NCBI GenBank assembly: GCA_003599235.1
Contig: QZJE01000003.1
Span: forward strand, 3,779-67,778
Direction of reading: 5' to 3'
Source: Actinomycetota bacterium
GTDB lineage: Bacteria > Actinomycetota > Aquicultoria > SURF-47
DNA: 64,000 nt
The first letter of the stretch is position 1, and every line of letters begins with the position of its first letter. This document shows, one piece after another, positions 30,347-41,065 of this stretch. A model generated the notes under the pieces. That model made no database searches. It saw only the letters and a list, made by a program, of their open reading frames with translations, and was not told where the DNA came from. The translations under genes and the position numbers were made by a program.

Positions 30347-31483
30347 ATGAGTAGCAGAGAGTTCAAAGATTACTACAAAATATTAGGTGTCGATAAATCT
30401 GCCTCAGCTGAGGAGATAAAAAAAGCTTTTCGTAAGCTGGCTAAACAATATCACCCTGATGCCAATAAAGACAACAAAGACCATGCCAGAACAAAGTTCA
30501 AAGAAGTAAACGAAGCTTATCAAATATTAGGGGATGCCGAAAAACGTAAGCAATATGATACCTTTGGTCAATATGTTGGAGGCGGGGGGATGCCTGGCGG
30601 TGGTATCAATTTTGAAGACCTATTCGGTGGAGGTAACTTCAGTGGACAATCCCAGGGATTTGGCTTCGAAGATCTCTTCGACATGTTTACAGGCGGAAGT
30701 AGAAGTGGTAGACGTCAAACTATTCATAAAGGAGATGACCTTCATTACCGTTTAAGGGTCAAATTTAAAGATGTTTACAAGGGAGTGGCCACCAAAATTA
30801 ATGTTACCGTAAACGACATTTGCACTACCTGCCAAGGAAGTGGAGCCACCCCTGGAAGCAAGCCAATAACTTGTACTACTTGCGGGGGAAGTGGAGCAAT
30901 ATCTCATTCACAAGGCTTTTTTTCTCTGTCTAGGACTTGCCCAAAGTGTATGGGGGAAGGCCAAATTGTCTCCTCGCCCTGCTCTGCTTGTTCTGGGCAA
31001 GGTATTAAAAAAGCCAATAAACAGATTACTATCCGCATCCCGGCCGGGGTGGAAGACGGCACAACCTTACGTTTTGCAGGCAAGGGACAAGCAGCCCCTA
31101 AAGGCGGCATCCCCGGAGATCTATATATAACAGTCGAGGTGGAAAATCATCCTGTTTTTTTAAGAGACGGGGCTAACTTACGAATCAATTTACCGATAAC
31201 AATCACCGAAGCGGCTTTGGGGGCAAAAATCGATGTGCCGACAATGGACGGAAGCGTAATTTTAAAAATACCTAGCGGCACCGTAAGCGGTAAAGTTTTT
31301 CGCATTAAAGGCAGAGGCCTTCCCTCTAGAAGAGGCATTGGCTCCCTCTTAGCTAAAGTTTTTATCATACCGCCAGCAAGGTTATCTCGTGAAGAAAAAA
31401 ATCTGTTAAAAAGATTAGAGGAAATCAAGGGAGAGAATCCTAGAGTCGACCTTTTTAAAATAGTAGAAAAGGAGGCCAAGTAA
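30347..31483 (+). CDS. dnaJ: Molecular chaperone DnaJ (Hsp40) with Gly-rich linker and CxxCxGxG zinc-finger repeats
   Basis: 378 aa. J-domain HPD (YHPDANK). CTTCQGSG, CTTCGGSG, CPKCMGEG, CSACSGQG repeats. Confidence 0.95.
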   Translation: MSSREFKDYYKILGVDKSASAEEIKKAFRKLAKQYHPDANKDNKDHARTKFKEVNEAYQILGDAEKRKQYDTFGQYVGGGGMPGGGINFEDLFGGGNFSGQSQGFGFEDLFDMFTGGSRSGRRQTIHKGDDLHYRLRVKFKDVYKGVATKINVTVNDICTTCQGSGATPGSKPITCTTCGGSGAISHSQGFFSLSRTCPKCMGEGQIVSSPCSACSGQGIKKANKQITIRIPAGVEDGTTLRFAGKGQAAPKGGIPGDLYITVEVENHPVFLRDGANLRINLPITITEAALGAKIDVPTMDGSVILKIPSGTVSGKVFRIKGRGLPSRRGIGSLLAKVFIIPPARLSREEKNLLKRLEEIKGENPRVDLFKIVEKEAK

Positions 31484-31485
31484 AA

Positions 31486-31902
31486 ATGCCATCTAGCAAA
31501 GAGCCTCTTTATATGATTGGAATAGCGGCAAAAAAAGCTAAGGTCCATCCGCAGACCTTAAGGCTTTATGAGCGAGAGAAATTAGTTAGGCCTCAAAGAA
31601 CGGGGGGCTCAACCAGACTGTATTCGGACTACGATATCGAATGCGTTATTGAAATACAGCACTTAACCCAAGATAAGGGCCTAAACTTAGCTGGCGTTAG
31701 AGTGCTTATGGATATGAAAGAAAAAGCCTTAAAGATGGCCGAGGAAATAAAAAAATATCAACAGGATATGATTGATTTGCAAAAGAAAATGGAAGAAGAA
31801 ATCGACAATGTCCATAAAAGCTATAAGAACGAACTTGTCCTTTATAAGCAGTCGCCGATTGCCCTGCTTAAAGCATTTGGCATCAATCTTGGCGAGGACT
31901 AA
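31486..31902 (+). CDS. hspR: MerR-family heat-shock repressor HspR
   Basis: 138 aa. MerR HTH (IGIAAKKAKVHPQTLRLYEREKLVRPQRTGGSTRLYS) directly after dnaJ, the classic dnaK-grpE-dnaJ-hspR arrangement. Confidence 0.8.
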   Translation: MPSSKEPLYMIGIAAKKAKVHPQTLRLYEREKLVRPQRTGGSTRLYSDYDIECVIEIQHLTQDKGLNLAGVRVLMDMKEKALKMAEEIKKYQQDMIDLQKKMEEEIDNVHKSYKNELVLYKQSPIALLKAFGINLGED

Positions 31903-31917
31903 GTAAGGTGATGAATT

Positions 31918-34359
31918 ATGTTTGAAAATTATTCAGATAAAGCCAGAGAAGCAATAGCTACCGCTCAACAAATTCTGGCTTCAAGAGGACAAAGTCAATT
32001 AGGAAGCGAGCATCTATTGATGGGAGTGCTTTCGCAAAATGAAGGTATTATTCCTAAAATATTCGAGCTCTTAGGATACGATATTAATGTAGCCCGCACC
32101 AAAGCTAATGAGGTCTTAAGCATCGGTAAAAAAGGCACTTTAAATACTAAAAGCGGAGTAGCTCAGATATTTATCACCCCTGATGCTCAATCCTCAATGC
32201 AGTTGGCAGAAACTCAAGCTAAGGAAATGGGTGATACTTACATCGGCAGCGAACACTTACTCTTAGGTATAGCTTTAGAAAAGAACGGCAGTGGAGCTAT
32301 TGTTCTAAGTGAAATCTCGATGAGCGCAAAAGAAATAAAGAATGCTATTAACCAGCTAAGAGGCCAAGGCATAAGTGATGAAAGCTCTGAGTCGCCTTTA
32401 AAAAAATACGGCCGTAATCTAACTGAGCTGGCAAAAAAAGATGGGCTCGATCCGGTTGTAGGGCGAGACACCGAGATAAAAAGAGTAATCCAAATTCTCT
32501 CGCGGCGCACAAAAAATAACCCGGCTTTAATTGGTGATCCCGGAGTTGGAAAAACGGCCATTGTAGAAGGTCTAGCACAAAAAATCGTCAATAAAGAAGT
32601 GCCGGAGCTATTAAAAGACAAGGAGGTTATCTCCTTGGATTTAGGCTCTCTGGTAGCAGGAACCAAGTACAGAGGAGAGTTCGAGGAGCGCTTAAAAGCC
32701 GTTCTTGATGAAATACACAAACGAAAAGGAGAAATAATTTTATTTATTGATGAGTTGCACACTATGGTGGGAGCAGGAGCCGCCGAAGGTGCTATTGATG
32801 CATCTAATATGATGAAGCCGGCGCTGTCCAGGGGTGAGCTGCAGGCAGTTGGAGCCACCACCCTAGACGAATACCGCAAATACATTGAAAAAGACTCTGC
32901 CCTAGAGCGCAGGTTTCAGCCTATTGTAGTCAACCAACCATCTGTTGAAGATACCATTTTGATACTAAAAGGGCTTAGAAGCCGCTATGAAGACCACCAC
33001 AAGGTTAAAATTAGCGACGAAGCTATCCAAGCAGCCGCTAAACTTTCTGAGCGCTATATCTCCGACCGTTTTCTTCCGGATAAGGCTATCGACTTAATCG
33101 ACGAGGCTTCTTCAAAGATGCGCTTAGAGTCAATCATGCTTCCGCCTGATTTAATGAAAATGGAAAACCAGCTAACCGAGCTTACTAAGCAGGGAGCAGA
33201 AGCTGTCGAGCAACGAGAATATGAAAAAGCCGCCCAAATAAGAGACAAAACCGACAAAATACAGGCTGAATTAAAAGATAAAAAAGCTAAATGGCTTAAG
33301 GATAAAGGCATTACCTCCGTTGAAGTAACCGGTGAGCATATTGCCCAAGTGGTTTCTAATTGGACAGGAGTGCCGGTTACTAAAATGATGGAAGAAGAAA
33401 TCGCAAAACTTCTTAAAATGGAAAAAGCTATACACAAGCGTCTTATTAATCAGGAAGAAGCAGTAAAAGCAGTTTCTGAGGCCATCAGAAGAGCCAGAGC
33501 CGGCTTAAGCGAGCCGGGACGTCCTGTTGGTTCATTTCTATTTCTAGGACCCACAGGAGTAGGTAAAACAGAATTAGCTAAAGCATTAGCTGAGTTCTTG
33601 TTTAACGATGAAGCTGCCATTGTACGAATAGATATGAGCGAATACCAGGAAAAACATACTGTTTCCAGGCTTATCGGAGCTCCACCGGGCTACGTTGGTT
33701 ATGATGCCGGAGGACAACTAAGCGAGGCCGTACGCCGCCGGCCTTATAGTATTATTTTGCTGGACGAAATCGAGAAAGCTCACACAGATGTTTATAATAT
33801 TTTGCTGCAGATATTAGACGACGGCCGCTTAACTGATTCTTCCGGCCGCACGGTTAGTTTCAAAAATACGGTAATCATGATGACCTCAAACATAGGCTCT
33901 AGGCAGTTGACTAAAGAAAAAGAGTTGGGCTTTACAGCTTCTGGTAAAGAGAAGAGCTATGAAGATAGCAAAACCCTTGTGTTGGGTGAACTTAAAAAAG
34001 TGCTTTTGCCAGAGCTTTTAAACCGTATAGATGAAATTGTTGTCTTTCATCCTTTAACTTCAGTACAACTCAAAGAAGTAGCTATCCTGCTACTTAAGAA
34101 ATTACAATTACGAGTAGAAGCCCAAGGAATGTCATTAGAGATAAGCGAAGCTGTCTTAGATAAAATTGCTAAAGAGGGCTATGACCCCTCATATGGTGCC
34201 CGTCCTATGAAACGAGCTATTCAAAATCTAGTGGAAAACCCCTTGTCGAAAGCCATAATCGAAGGGATATATAGAGCCCCCCATGTAGTTAAAGCTGATA
34301 TAAGAGACAACCAAGTAGTGTTTAGCAAGATTAAAGAGAAAACAAAAACCACCAGCTAA
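31918..34359 (+). CDS. clpB: ATP-dependent chaperone ClpB (AAA+ disaggregase, two NBDs with middle coiled-coil domain)
   Basis: 813 aa. Two Walker A motifs ([16 protein letters not shown]) with a middle coiled-coil region between them. Confidence 0.95.
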   Translation: MFENYSDKAREAIATAQQILASRGQSQLGSEHLLMGVLSQNEGIIPKIFELLGYDINVARTKANEVLSIGKKGTLNTKSGVAQIFITPDAQSSMQLAETQAKEMGDTYIGSEHLLLGIALEKNGSGAIVLSEISMSAKEIKNAINQLRGQGISDESSESPLKKYGRNLTELAKKDGLDPVVGRDTEIKRVIQILSRRTKNNPALIGDPGVGKTAIVEGLAQKIVNKEVPELLKDKEVISLDLGSLVAGTKYRGEFEERLKAVLDEIHKRKGEIILFIDELHTMVGAGAAEGAIDASNMMKPALSRGELQAVGATTLDEYRKYIEKDSALERRFQPIVVNQPSVEDTILILKGLRSRYEDHHKVKISDEAIQAAAKLSERYISDRFLPDKAIDLIDEASSKMRLESIMLPPDLMKMENQLTELTKQGAEAVEQREYEKAAQIRDKTDKIQAELKDKKAKWLKDKGITSVEVTGEHIAQVVSNWTGVPVTKMMEEEIAKLLKMEKAIHKRLINQEEAVKAVSEAIRRARAGLSEPGRPVGSFLFLGPTGVGKTELAKALAEFLFNDEAAIVRIDMSEYQEKHTVSRLIGAPPGYVGYDAGGQLSEAVRRRPYSIILLDEIEKAHTDVYNILLQILDDGRLTDSSGRTVSFKNTVIMMTSNIGSRQLTKEKELGFTASGKEKSYEDSKTLVLGELKKVLLPELLNRIDEIVVFHPLTSVQLKEVAILLLKKLQLRVEAQGMSLEISEAVLDKIAKEGYDPSYGARPMKRAIQNLVENPLSKAIIEGIYRAPHVVKADIRDNQVVFSKIKEKTKTTS

Positions 34360-34382
34360 ATAGGTGGTGGTTTTTGTTGTGC
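34339..34382 (+). terminator. Rho-independent terminator at the end of clpB
   Basis: aaaaccaccagctaaataggtggtggtttttgttg: stem CCACCA/UGGUGG followed by a U-run. Confidence 0.6.
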
Positions 34383-34396
34383 CTAGCACCTGATAT

Positions 34397-34612
<216 letters not shown>

Positions 34613-34705
34613 CTATACTAGTTTTCAGACTTCTGACTTCAGACTTCAGCTGAGGTCTGGTTTTTATTTTTAAACAAAAAAAGTGATTTTGTAAAGAGAT
34701 ATTTA

Positions 34706-35407
34706 TTATTTTTTTATTATCGCCAGTGCGGCTTGGCGACCGCATTTATTATCTACTCTATATGAAAAATAATGCTTGTTTTGACACGAGGTGCAAATAC
34801 CTGCGGAAACAACATTGCTTTTAGGAATACCTAAACCAATTAACTGTCTCCTAACTGTTTGCTCCAAATCAACTTCATAACAACAATCCCCTACATGTGG
34901 GCCGATAAAGGCCCTAATAGATTCAGTTGGATGGCTTTGCAATAATTTTTTTAGAACTTTAGTAGCTATTTCCCTCTTTACTCCCTTGCGTCCTGCATGA
35001 ATGACAGCAATTTCCCGACTGTCTAAAGCTACTAGTATAAGAGGCAAGCAATCGGCAAAAAATAATGCTAGAGGCACGCCTGCTTCTTTTGTAATAAGGC
35101 AGTCACAATTATCAATTGCCACATCGTAACTAATACTCCCTCTGCCTACGTCGCTTTTTTTAACTACGGTAAAGTTGTCTGAGTGGGTTTGCTTGGCGCA
35201 AGTTAAATCGTTTAAGTCTATCTTTGTAGCCTCGCACAATTTCTGACGGTTTTTAATAACTGAGGTGCTTAAATCCCCTACATGGAGCCCTAGATTACCG
35301 GTGTCTTTATTTGTAAAAGCAATAAATATTTTGTGGTTTTTATTAAGCTTTGGAGAAGTTAGGTAGCTAATTCCCTGGTTTTTAATAAGCTTTAGAGAGT
35401 AATCCAT
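34706..35407 (-). CDS. pgeF: YfiH/PgeF (DUF152) family purine nucleoside phosphorylase / laccase-domain protein
   Basis: 233 aa. Conserved H/C/H residues (QTHSDN, ADCLPL, HAGRKG) immediately downstream of ftsZ. Confidence 0.8.
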   Translation of the reverse strand: MDYSLKLIKNQGISYLTSPKLNKNHKIFIAFTNKDTGNLGLHVGDLSTSVIKNRQKLCEATKIDLNDLTCAKQTHSDNFTVVKKSDVGRGSISYDVAIDNCDCLITKEAGVPLALFFADCLPLILVALDSREIAVIHAGRKGVKREIATKVLKKLLQSHPTESIRAFIGPHVGDCCYEVDLEQTVRRQLIGLGIPKSNVVSAGICTSCQNKHYFSYRVDNKCGRQAALAIIKK

Positions 35408-35468
35408 AACATTAACAAAGCAAAAAGGCTCCGATTAATATCAGAGCCTTCTTACTTCATATGAAAAA

Positions 35469-36590
35469 CTAATCAGACTTTTTTAGAAAAGTGGGGACAT
35501 CTAAATCGTCGCCATTAAGTTCAGGAATATTATCCTTTTCTAAAATTGGTCCCGTATCAAATACATTTGCTTCAGATTCAGAAGGAGTTTCTTCTTCTGT
35601 TTCGCTAGTTGTTAGAAAATCAAGTTTTTCTTGTAGTCTGGTTCTGGCATCGAAGCCAGTAGCAATAACAGTTACCTTTAATTCTTCGCCTAACGAATCA
35701 TCAACAACTGTGCCGAAAATGATGTTTGCTTCCGGGTGAGCGGCTTGACTAATAGTTTCAGCTGCTTCATTGACCTCAAAAAGACCTACGTCTGAACCAC
35801 CGGATACATTTAGAAGTACACCCTTGGCTCCATCAATAGAAGCTTCAAGTAACGGAGATGAAATAGCTTGTTTAGACGCTTCTTTTGCCCTGTTTTCTCC
35901 GGTTGCAACACCTATACCCATTAAAGCTGAGCCGGCGCTACTCATGATGGTCTTAACATCAGCAAAGTCTAGGTTGATTAAGCCTGGTGTTGTAATTAAA
36001 TCTGTAATACCTTGTACTCCCTGACATAATACATCATCAGCTACCCGAAACGCATCTAAGATAGATATTCTTTTCTCGGATATTTGCAGTAGACGATCGT
36101 TTGGAATAATAATTAATGTATCTACTTTTTCCTTTAAATTTTCGATGCCATCTTCGGCTTGAACGCCTCTTTTGCGGCCTTCGAAAGCAAATGGTTTAGT
36201 TACGACTCCAACAGTTAGAGCTCCTACTTCTTTTGCAATTTCTGCTATTACCGGAGCTGCTCCTGTACCGGTTCCCCCGCCTTTTCCGGCAGTAACAAAT
36301 ACCATGTCTGAGCCCTGCAAGGCTTCCTTGATTTCTTCACGGCTTTCTTCTGCAGCTTGTGCTCCAACTACGGGATCGGCTCCAGCACCTAGCCCTTTAG
36401 TTAAATCACCACCAATGTGTATCTTTTGATCCGCATCCGCCATCATTAGAGCTTGAGCATCGGTATTGACCGCAATAAACTCAACGCCTTTTAGATTGGC
36501 TTCAATCATTCTGTTTACCGCATTAGTACCGCCGCCACCAACTCCAACAACCTTAATGACTGCCAAGTAACCTGCTTTTGGTTCCGCCAT
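35469..36590 (-). CDS. ftsZ: Cell division GTPase FtsZ
   Basis: 373 aa. GGGTGTG tubulin signature, NTDAQAL, acidic C-terminal peptide. Confidence 0.97.
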   Translation of the reverse strand: MAEPKAGYLAVIKVVGVGGGGTNAVNRMIEANLKGVEFIAVNTDAQALMMADADQKIHIGGDLTKGLGAGADPVVGAQAAEESREEIKEALQGSDMVFVTAGKGGGTGTGAAPVIAEIAKEVGALTVGVVTKPFAFEGRKRGVQAEDGIENLKEKVDTLIIIPNDRLLQISEKRISILDAFRVADDVLCQGVQGITDLITTPGLINLDFADVKTIMSSAGSALMGIGVATGENRAKEASKQAISSPLLEASIDGAKGVLLNVSGGSDVGLFEVNEAAETISQAAHPEANIIFGTVVDDSLGEELKVTVIATGFDARTRLQEKLDFLTTSETEEETPSESEANVFDTGPILEKDNIPELNGDDLDVPTFLKKSD

Positions 36591-36766
36591 AATCCTAAAA
36601 CCTCCTTAACACTTAACCTCTAGTTTAGGGTTAGACTTTAAGCGATTGCTCAAAGCTTAAGTATATACCTTAGCTTAAAACTATCAAAAATTCAAGTTTT
36701 TTAAAAAATTATATATTTTTGGTAGATTGGATAAACTATAAGGCTATACTTGAGGTTAAGACTTAT

Positions 36767-37552
36767 TTACTTCCCCATTGTCCTGGTAACTGGGTTTGAG
36801 GGTACCCTTACATCGATAACTAAAGGTTTGGTTTTCTCGGCTAAAAACTTCTCTATTAGAGTGTTCTTTAATTTGGCTTTCTTAGACGAACCATAAATAA
36901 TGGTTACCCCTTCAACTACTAAATACAAATCCTCTATGTTTTTGGCTCTTATCATTGATATTTTACTAGCAAACTTAGGACTAAAACGCCTGTAAACAGC
37001 CAGGGCATTTCGGAAGTTTTCTGTTTTTAATCTTGTTGCAACAGTTATTTTTGTATTAGCAAGCTCAATTACCGGAATTTTATAAGTTTCGCTAACATCT
37101 TTCTTGTTGGCAATAATATAACCATCACTATCTAGACAAAACTTTTTGCCTTCTGTGGTTACATAAAATACCGGTATTCTCTCGGTTACATAAATCGTAC
37201 AACCCAAAGGAAAGAATAAAAGCCCCAGGCCGGCTTTTTTAACCCAAGGAAGTCTCTCTATCTTTCTTATGATATCAGCTCGATTAATAGTTAATATTTT
37301 CTGCCCAATTTTTATACCTGAGCCTGAAATAATATCGCTTGATAGATTATGTTTGTTTCCGGCCACTCTAATTCTTTTAATTTGAAGAATAGGCGTTGTA
37401 TATAGAAGATAGACCACCATAGACACTATCGTAACAAACGTAAGGATTTGGAGCATAACCTTGCGTTTTGCTTTCTTTAAAGAAGTTAGTTTTTCCTCAC
37501 GTTTAGCTTTCTTTATTTGAGACAGAACTTGCTTCTTTTTTGACTGTTTCAT
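36767..37552 (-). CDS. ftsQ: Cell division protein FtsQ/DivIB (bitopic, POTRA-like)
   Basis: 261 aa. Basic N-terminus, single TM (ILTFVTIVSMVVYLLY), periplasmic beta domain, positioned murB-ftsQ-ftsZ. The start may lie downstream of the murB overlap. Confidence 0.65.
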   Translation of the reverse strand: MKQSKKKQVLSQIKKAKREEKLTSLKKAKRKVMLQILTFVTIVSMVVYLLYTTPILQIKRIRVAGNKHNLSSDIISGSGIKIGQKILTINRADIIRKIERLPWVKKAGLGLLFFPLGCTIYVTERIPVFYVTTEGKKFCLDSDGYIIANKKDVSETYKIPVIELANTKITVATRLKTENFRNALAVYRRFSPKFASKISMIRAKNIEDLYLVVEGVTIIYGSSKKAKLKNTLIEKFLAEKTKPLVIDVRVPSNPVTRTMGK

Positions 37553-38483
37553 ATAGTGCTGGTTTTGGCTCCTTAAAACCGCCGTAGACCTTAACCTCTG
37601 GCTTCAATCTAACACCGAATCTCTGATAGACATCGGCTTGTATTAATCTTAGCAGATAGAAAATGTCCTGGGCAGTAGCATTGCCATAATTTACAATAAA
37701 ATTTGCATGCTTGCTTGAAACTTTAGCCCCTCCAAGCATAGCACCCTTCCAACCGGCCTCTTCAATCAATTTTCCTGCTAAGAAGCCCTTTGGATTTTTA
37801 AAAACACTTCCCGCACTGGGATGTTTTATCGGTTGAGTTAGTTTCCTTTGTTTAAAATTGCGCTCCATATGCCCTTTAATACTTGCCTGGTTAGCTTTTT
37901 TAAGCTTAAAGACTACTTCTAAAACAATTTCTTCTTTCCCCACCAAACTTCTGCGGTATAGCGAGGTTAAATCGTTTTTCTCATAGCATATAAGTTTTAA
38001 ATCCTTTGTAAGGCAAGTGATACTGGTAATAACCGAGGATATATTACTACCATGAGCTCCGGCATTCATTCTAACAGCCCCACCAACACTTCCCGGGATT
38101 CCAATAGCAAAAGAAAGACCACTTAACCCTTGTCTATAAGCTTCGTTAACTATTTTAGATAAGGCTACAGAAGATCCGGCGTAAATATGGTCTTCTTCTA
38201 CTCTTAAGCTAGAGAACTCCTTTCCCAGCTTGATGGCCAGACCATTGTATCCGGAGTCTGAAACTAAAATATTTGAGCCTTTACCAATAATAAAATAGCC
38301 AAGGTTTGCTTTATTTGCAGTATTTAGAATAACCTTTAAATCATGCAAGGTGTCGGCAACGATGTAGACTTTAGCAGGTCCGCCTACTCTCCAACTGCAG
38401 TACTTAAATAAAGGCTCATTAATAGTTATCTTTGAATTAATTTTTGTGCTTAAATCTTTTGCTAGCGCACCGAAATCAACCAT
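37503..38483 (-). CDS. murB: UDP-N-acetylenolpyruvoylglucosamine reductase
   Basis: 326 aa. FAD-binding domain motifs (GGPAKVY, IGKGSNIL). Confidence 0.85.
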   Translation of the reverse strand: MVDFGALAKDLSTKINSKITINEPLFKYCSWRVGGPAKVYIVADTLHDLKVILNTANKANLGYFIIGKGSNILVSDSGYNGLAIKLGKEFSSLRVEEDHIYAGSSVALSKIVNEAYRQGLSGLSFAIGIPGSVGGAVRMNAGAHGSNISSVITSITCLTKDLKLICYEKNDLTSLYRRSLVGKEEIVLEVVFKLKKANQASIKGHMERNFKQRKLTQPIKHPSAGSVFKNPKGFLAGKLIEEAGWKGAMLGGAKVSSKHANFIVNYGNATAQDIFYLLRLIQADVYQRFGVRLKPEVKVYGGFKEPKPALYETVKKEASSVSNKES

Positions 38484-38486
38484 AGC

Positions 38487-39929
38487 TTATATCAACTTAG
38501 CTTTTTCGACGATTTCAGCTCCAACCGTCCAGATATCGCCTGCACCCATTGTTATTACCATATCGTGAGGTTTAATAGCGCCCTCAAGATATTTTTTTAC
38601 ATCATATAAGCTCGGTAAATAAGCCAGATCTGTATGCCCGTTGTTTTTAAGCACCTGGTCTACAATGAGCTTTGAGCTAACCCCTGGAATCGGTTCTTCT
38701 CCTGCGGCGTAAATATCGGTTATCACAAGTAGATCAGCTTCTATGAAAGCATCGGCAAAATCCCGGGCCAAAAACTTAGTGCGGCTAAACCGATGCGGTT
38801 GAAAGACACAGACTAAGCGCTTTTTTTTAGCAGATGATGCAGCTTGTAAAGTGGCAGCAATTTCGGTGGGATGGTGAGCATAATCGTCATAAAAATATGC
38901 TTTATTTGCTTCTCCTAAAAGCTGGAATCTCCTTTTTACTCCGCTAAAGCAAAGTAAGGCTTGCTTAATTTTTATGAAGTCAACTTTTAATTTTCTACAT
39001 AATGCAATGGCTGCTAAAGCATTGAGTACATTGTGGGCACCGGGAATATTAATAGTTATTCTTCCAAGCTTATTTTTACCTTCCATAACATCAAAAGAGC
39101 TCGACAATCCCTTATGTTTTATATTGCTAGCCCAAAAATCGTTATCTTTTGATAAGCCATAACTGACATAAGGCTGCTTTGTTTTATCGAGAAGTTGGCT
39201 TACATTAGGGTGGTCTTTGTAAGCTACAATAAAACCACCCGGTAAAAGCTGAGTACTAAATTTCATAAATAGTTTTTTGATTTTTTCAAAAGATCCGAAA
39301 TAATCCAGATGATCAGCCTCAATATTTGTTATTACCATAGCCATTGGATTCATGAATAATAGCGAACCATCACTTTCATCTGTCTCGGCTACCAAATACT
39401 GGCCACTTCCGTATTTTCCGTTGCTTCCTATATCATTTAGCTCTCCACCGATAAAAAAAGTAGGATTGAGACCGGCTTTTTCTAAAATAAAGGCCACCAT
39501 TGAAGTCGTTGTTGTTTTACCATGAGTTCCTGCTATTGCAATCGGCTTTTTTGTTTTAGCGATTTCGGCTAGCATCTTAGCCCTCTGGATAACTTGAATA
39601 TTCTTTTCTTTTGCAGCTTTTAGCTCGCAATTATCAGAGGGTATGGCAGATGAAATTACAACCACATCCGGATTTGTGACATTACTCTTTTTATGCCCGA
39701 TTAAGACTTTAATCCCGATTTCTTCTAAGCATTCGGTATTGCGGGATTCTTTGATATCAGAGCCGGCTACATTTGCCCCCATTTCTTTTAAGACCTTGGC
39801 AATGCCGCTCATACCGGCTCCGCCAATTCCTATAAAATAGTACTTCTTGTTTATCAATTGGACTCCCTCTAACGCTCTAACACTCTCTTGTTTACCTCGC
39901 AAGAATTTTGATTTTATCGGCCTGCTCAA
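38487..39929 (-). CDS. murC: UDP-N-acetylmuramate--L-alanine ligase
   Basis: 480 aa. YYFIGIGGAGMSGIA, GTHGKTTTT Mur ligase motifs. The track start overlaps the murG 3' end; the real start may be internal. Confidence 0.85.
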   Translation of the reverse strand: MSRPIKSKFLRGKQESVRALEGVQLINKKYYFIGIGGAGMSGIAKVLKEMGANVAGSDIKESRNTECLEEIGIKVLIGHKKSNVTNPDVVVISSAIPSDNCELKAAKEKNIQVIQRAKMLAEIAKTKKPIAIAGTHGKTTTTSMVAFILEKAGLNPTFFIGGELNDIGSNGKYGSGQYLVAETDESDGSLLFMNPMAMVITNIEADHLDYFGSFEKIKKLFMKFSTQLLPGGFIVAYKDHPNVSQLLDKTKQPYVSYGLSKDNDFWASNIKHKGLSSSFDVMEGKNKLGRITINIPGAHNVLNALAAIALCRKLKVDFIKIKQALLCFSGVKRRFQLLGEANKAYFYDDYAHHPTEIAATLQAASSAKKKRLVCVFQPHRFSRTKFLARDFADAFIEADLLVITDIYAAGEEPIPGVSSKLIVDQVLKNNGHTDLAYLPSLYDVKKYLEGAIKPHDMVITMGAGDIWTVGAEIVEKAKLI

Positions 39930-41019
39930 TTACCAGCTTAGCTAAATCATTAGCTGCAAACGGTTTTCCCAGTTTCTGCAAATACTCTTTCATCTTAATC
40001 AACTCCGTACTGTTGAAAGCGAGTGAATTAACCATCTGGAATAGAACTTCCCCGTTAAAGTCATCGTCTAAAACCATGCGGGCTGCCCCGTGGTCGACTA
40101 GCGTTTGGGCGTTTTTTTGCTGGTGATTGCCGGTGGCATAAGGATACGGGACTAAAATCGAAGGTAGTCCGACTGCTGTTAATTCAGCAATGGTAGTTGC
40201 TCCCGCTCTGGCTACAACTAAGTCTGCTGCCGCGTAAGCCTCATTAAGATTATCTAAATAAGGGTGAGCTTGAAAACGCAACTTATCATTTACAGTAATT
40301 TTTTTAGTAATTCTTTTTGTGACTTCGTCGAAATGCTCCTTGCCGGTGACATGAATAATCTGTAAGTCCTTAGAGTCTCTAAACTTATCGTATGCCTCTA
40401 TCATTGACTCGTTGATTCTTTTAGCCCCTATGCTTCCGCCAAAAACCAACAGTGTTTTTCTGTCCGGATCAAGGCTTAACGTTTGAATTCCCTTTTGTCT
40501 CATAAGCCCAATCATGTTACGCCTGATAGGATTGCCGGTAAAAATTACCCGCTTAGCACGAGGAAATGTTTTTTCTTCATTAGGAAAAGAGGCAGCAACT
40601 AAAGTTACAAAGTGGCTTAATACCTTATTCGCTAGCCCCGGTATCGAGTTCTGTTCATGTATAACAGTAGGTATTCTTAATAGAATGGCAGCTGCTAAAG
40701 GAGAAAAGCTAACGTATCCACCCATTCCCACAACCACATTGGGCTTAAAGCTTTTGAAAAAATGCCATGAACTAAAAAACCCCTGAATCAAAGAGAGGCT
40801 GGCCTTAATATTTTGAAGGCTAATTGAACGCTTGAAACCGTATGCTTCAATAGCTCTGAAGTTGTAACCTGCCTTAGTAACAAGCTCTTTCTCGAGACCT
40901 CTATTGGTGCCTAAAAATACTACCTCGGCAACAGGGGCCTCTAATGACAACTCATCAGCTAAAGAAATCCCCGGATATATGTGTCCGGCAGTTCCCCCAG
41001 CACAAATTGCAACTTTCAT
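39892..41019 (-). CDS. murG: UDP-GlcNAc:lipid I N-acetylglucosaminyltransferase MurG
   Basis: MKVAICAGGTAGHIYPG... (GT28). Start trimmed to the internal ATG with a GGAGAGAA RBS. Confidence 0.85.
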   Translation of the reverse strand: MKVAICAGGTAGHIYPGISLADELSLEAPVAEVVFLGTNRGLEKELVTKAGYNFRAIEAYGFKRSISLQNIKASLSLIQGFFSSWHFFKSFKPNVVVGMGGYVSFSPLAAAILLRIPTVIHEQNSIPGLANKVLSHFVTLVAASFPNEEKTFPRAKRVIFTGNPIRRNMIGLMRQKGIQTLSLDPDRKTLLVFGGSIGAKRINESMIEAYDKFRDSKDLQIIHVTGKEHFDEVTKRITKKITVNDKLRFQAHPYLDNLNEAYAAADLVVARAGATTIAELTAVGLPSILVPYPYATGNHQQKNAQTLVDHGAARMVLDDDFNGEVLFQMVNSLAFNSTELIKMKEYLQKLGKPFAANDLAKLVIEQADKIKILAR

Positions 41020-41065
41020 ATTCTCTCCATCGGGGACAGTCCCCACTTCCTCTAGGCTCTAACCT

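Noticed and set aside
32238-32885. Long antisense ORFs from the six-frame track, for example 215 aa inside clpB, 127 aa at 33054-33437, 131 aa at 26862-27257, 132 aa at 24080-24478, and the many 60-100 aa ORFs across 1-8400
   Set aside because: They lie entirely inside strongly supported genes on the opposite strand (clpB, thiD, thiC, the giant repeat gene). They have low-complexity or Ser/Leu/Pro-rich composition typical of antisense frames, and no RBS. I treat them as frame shadows.
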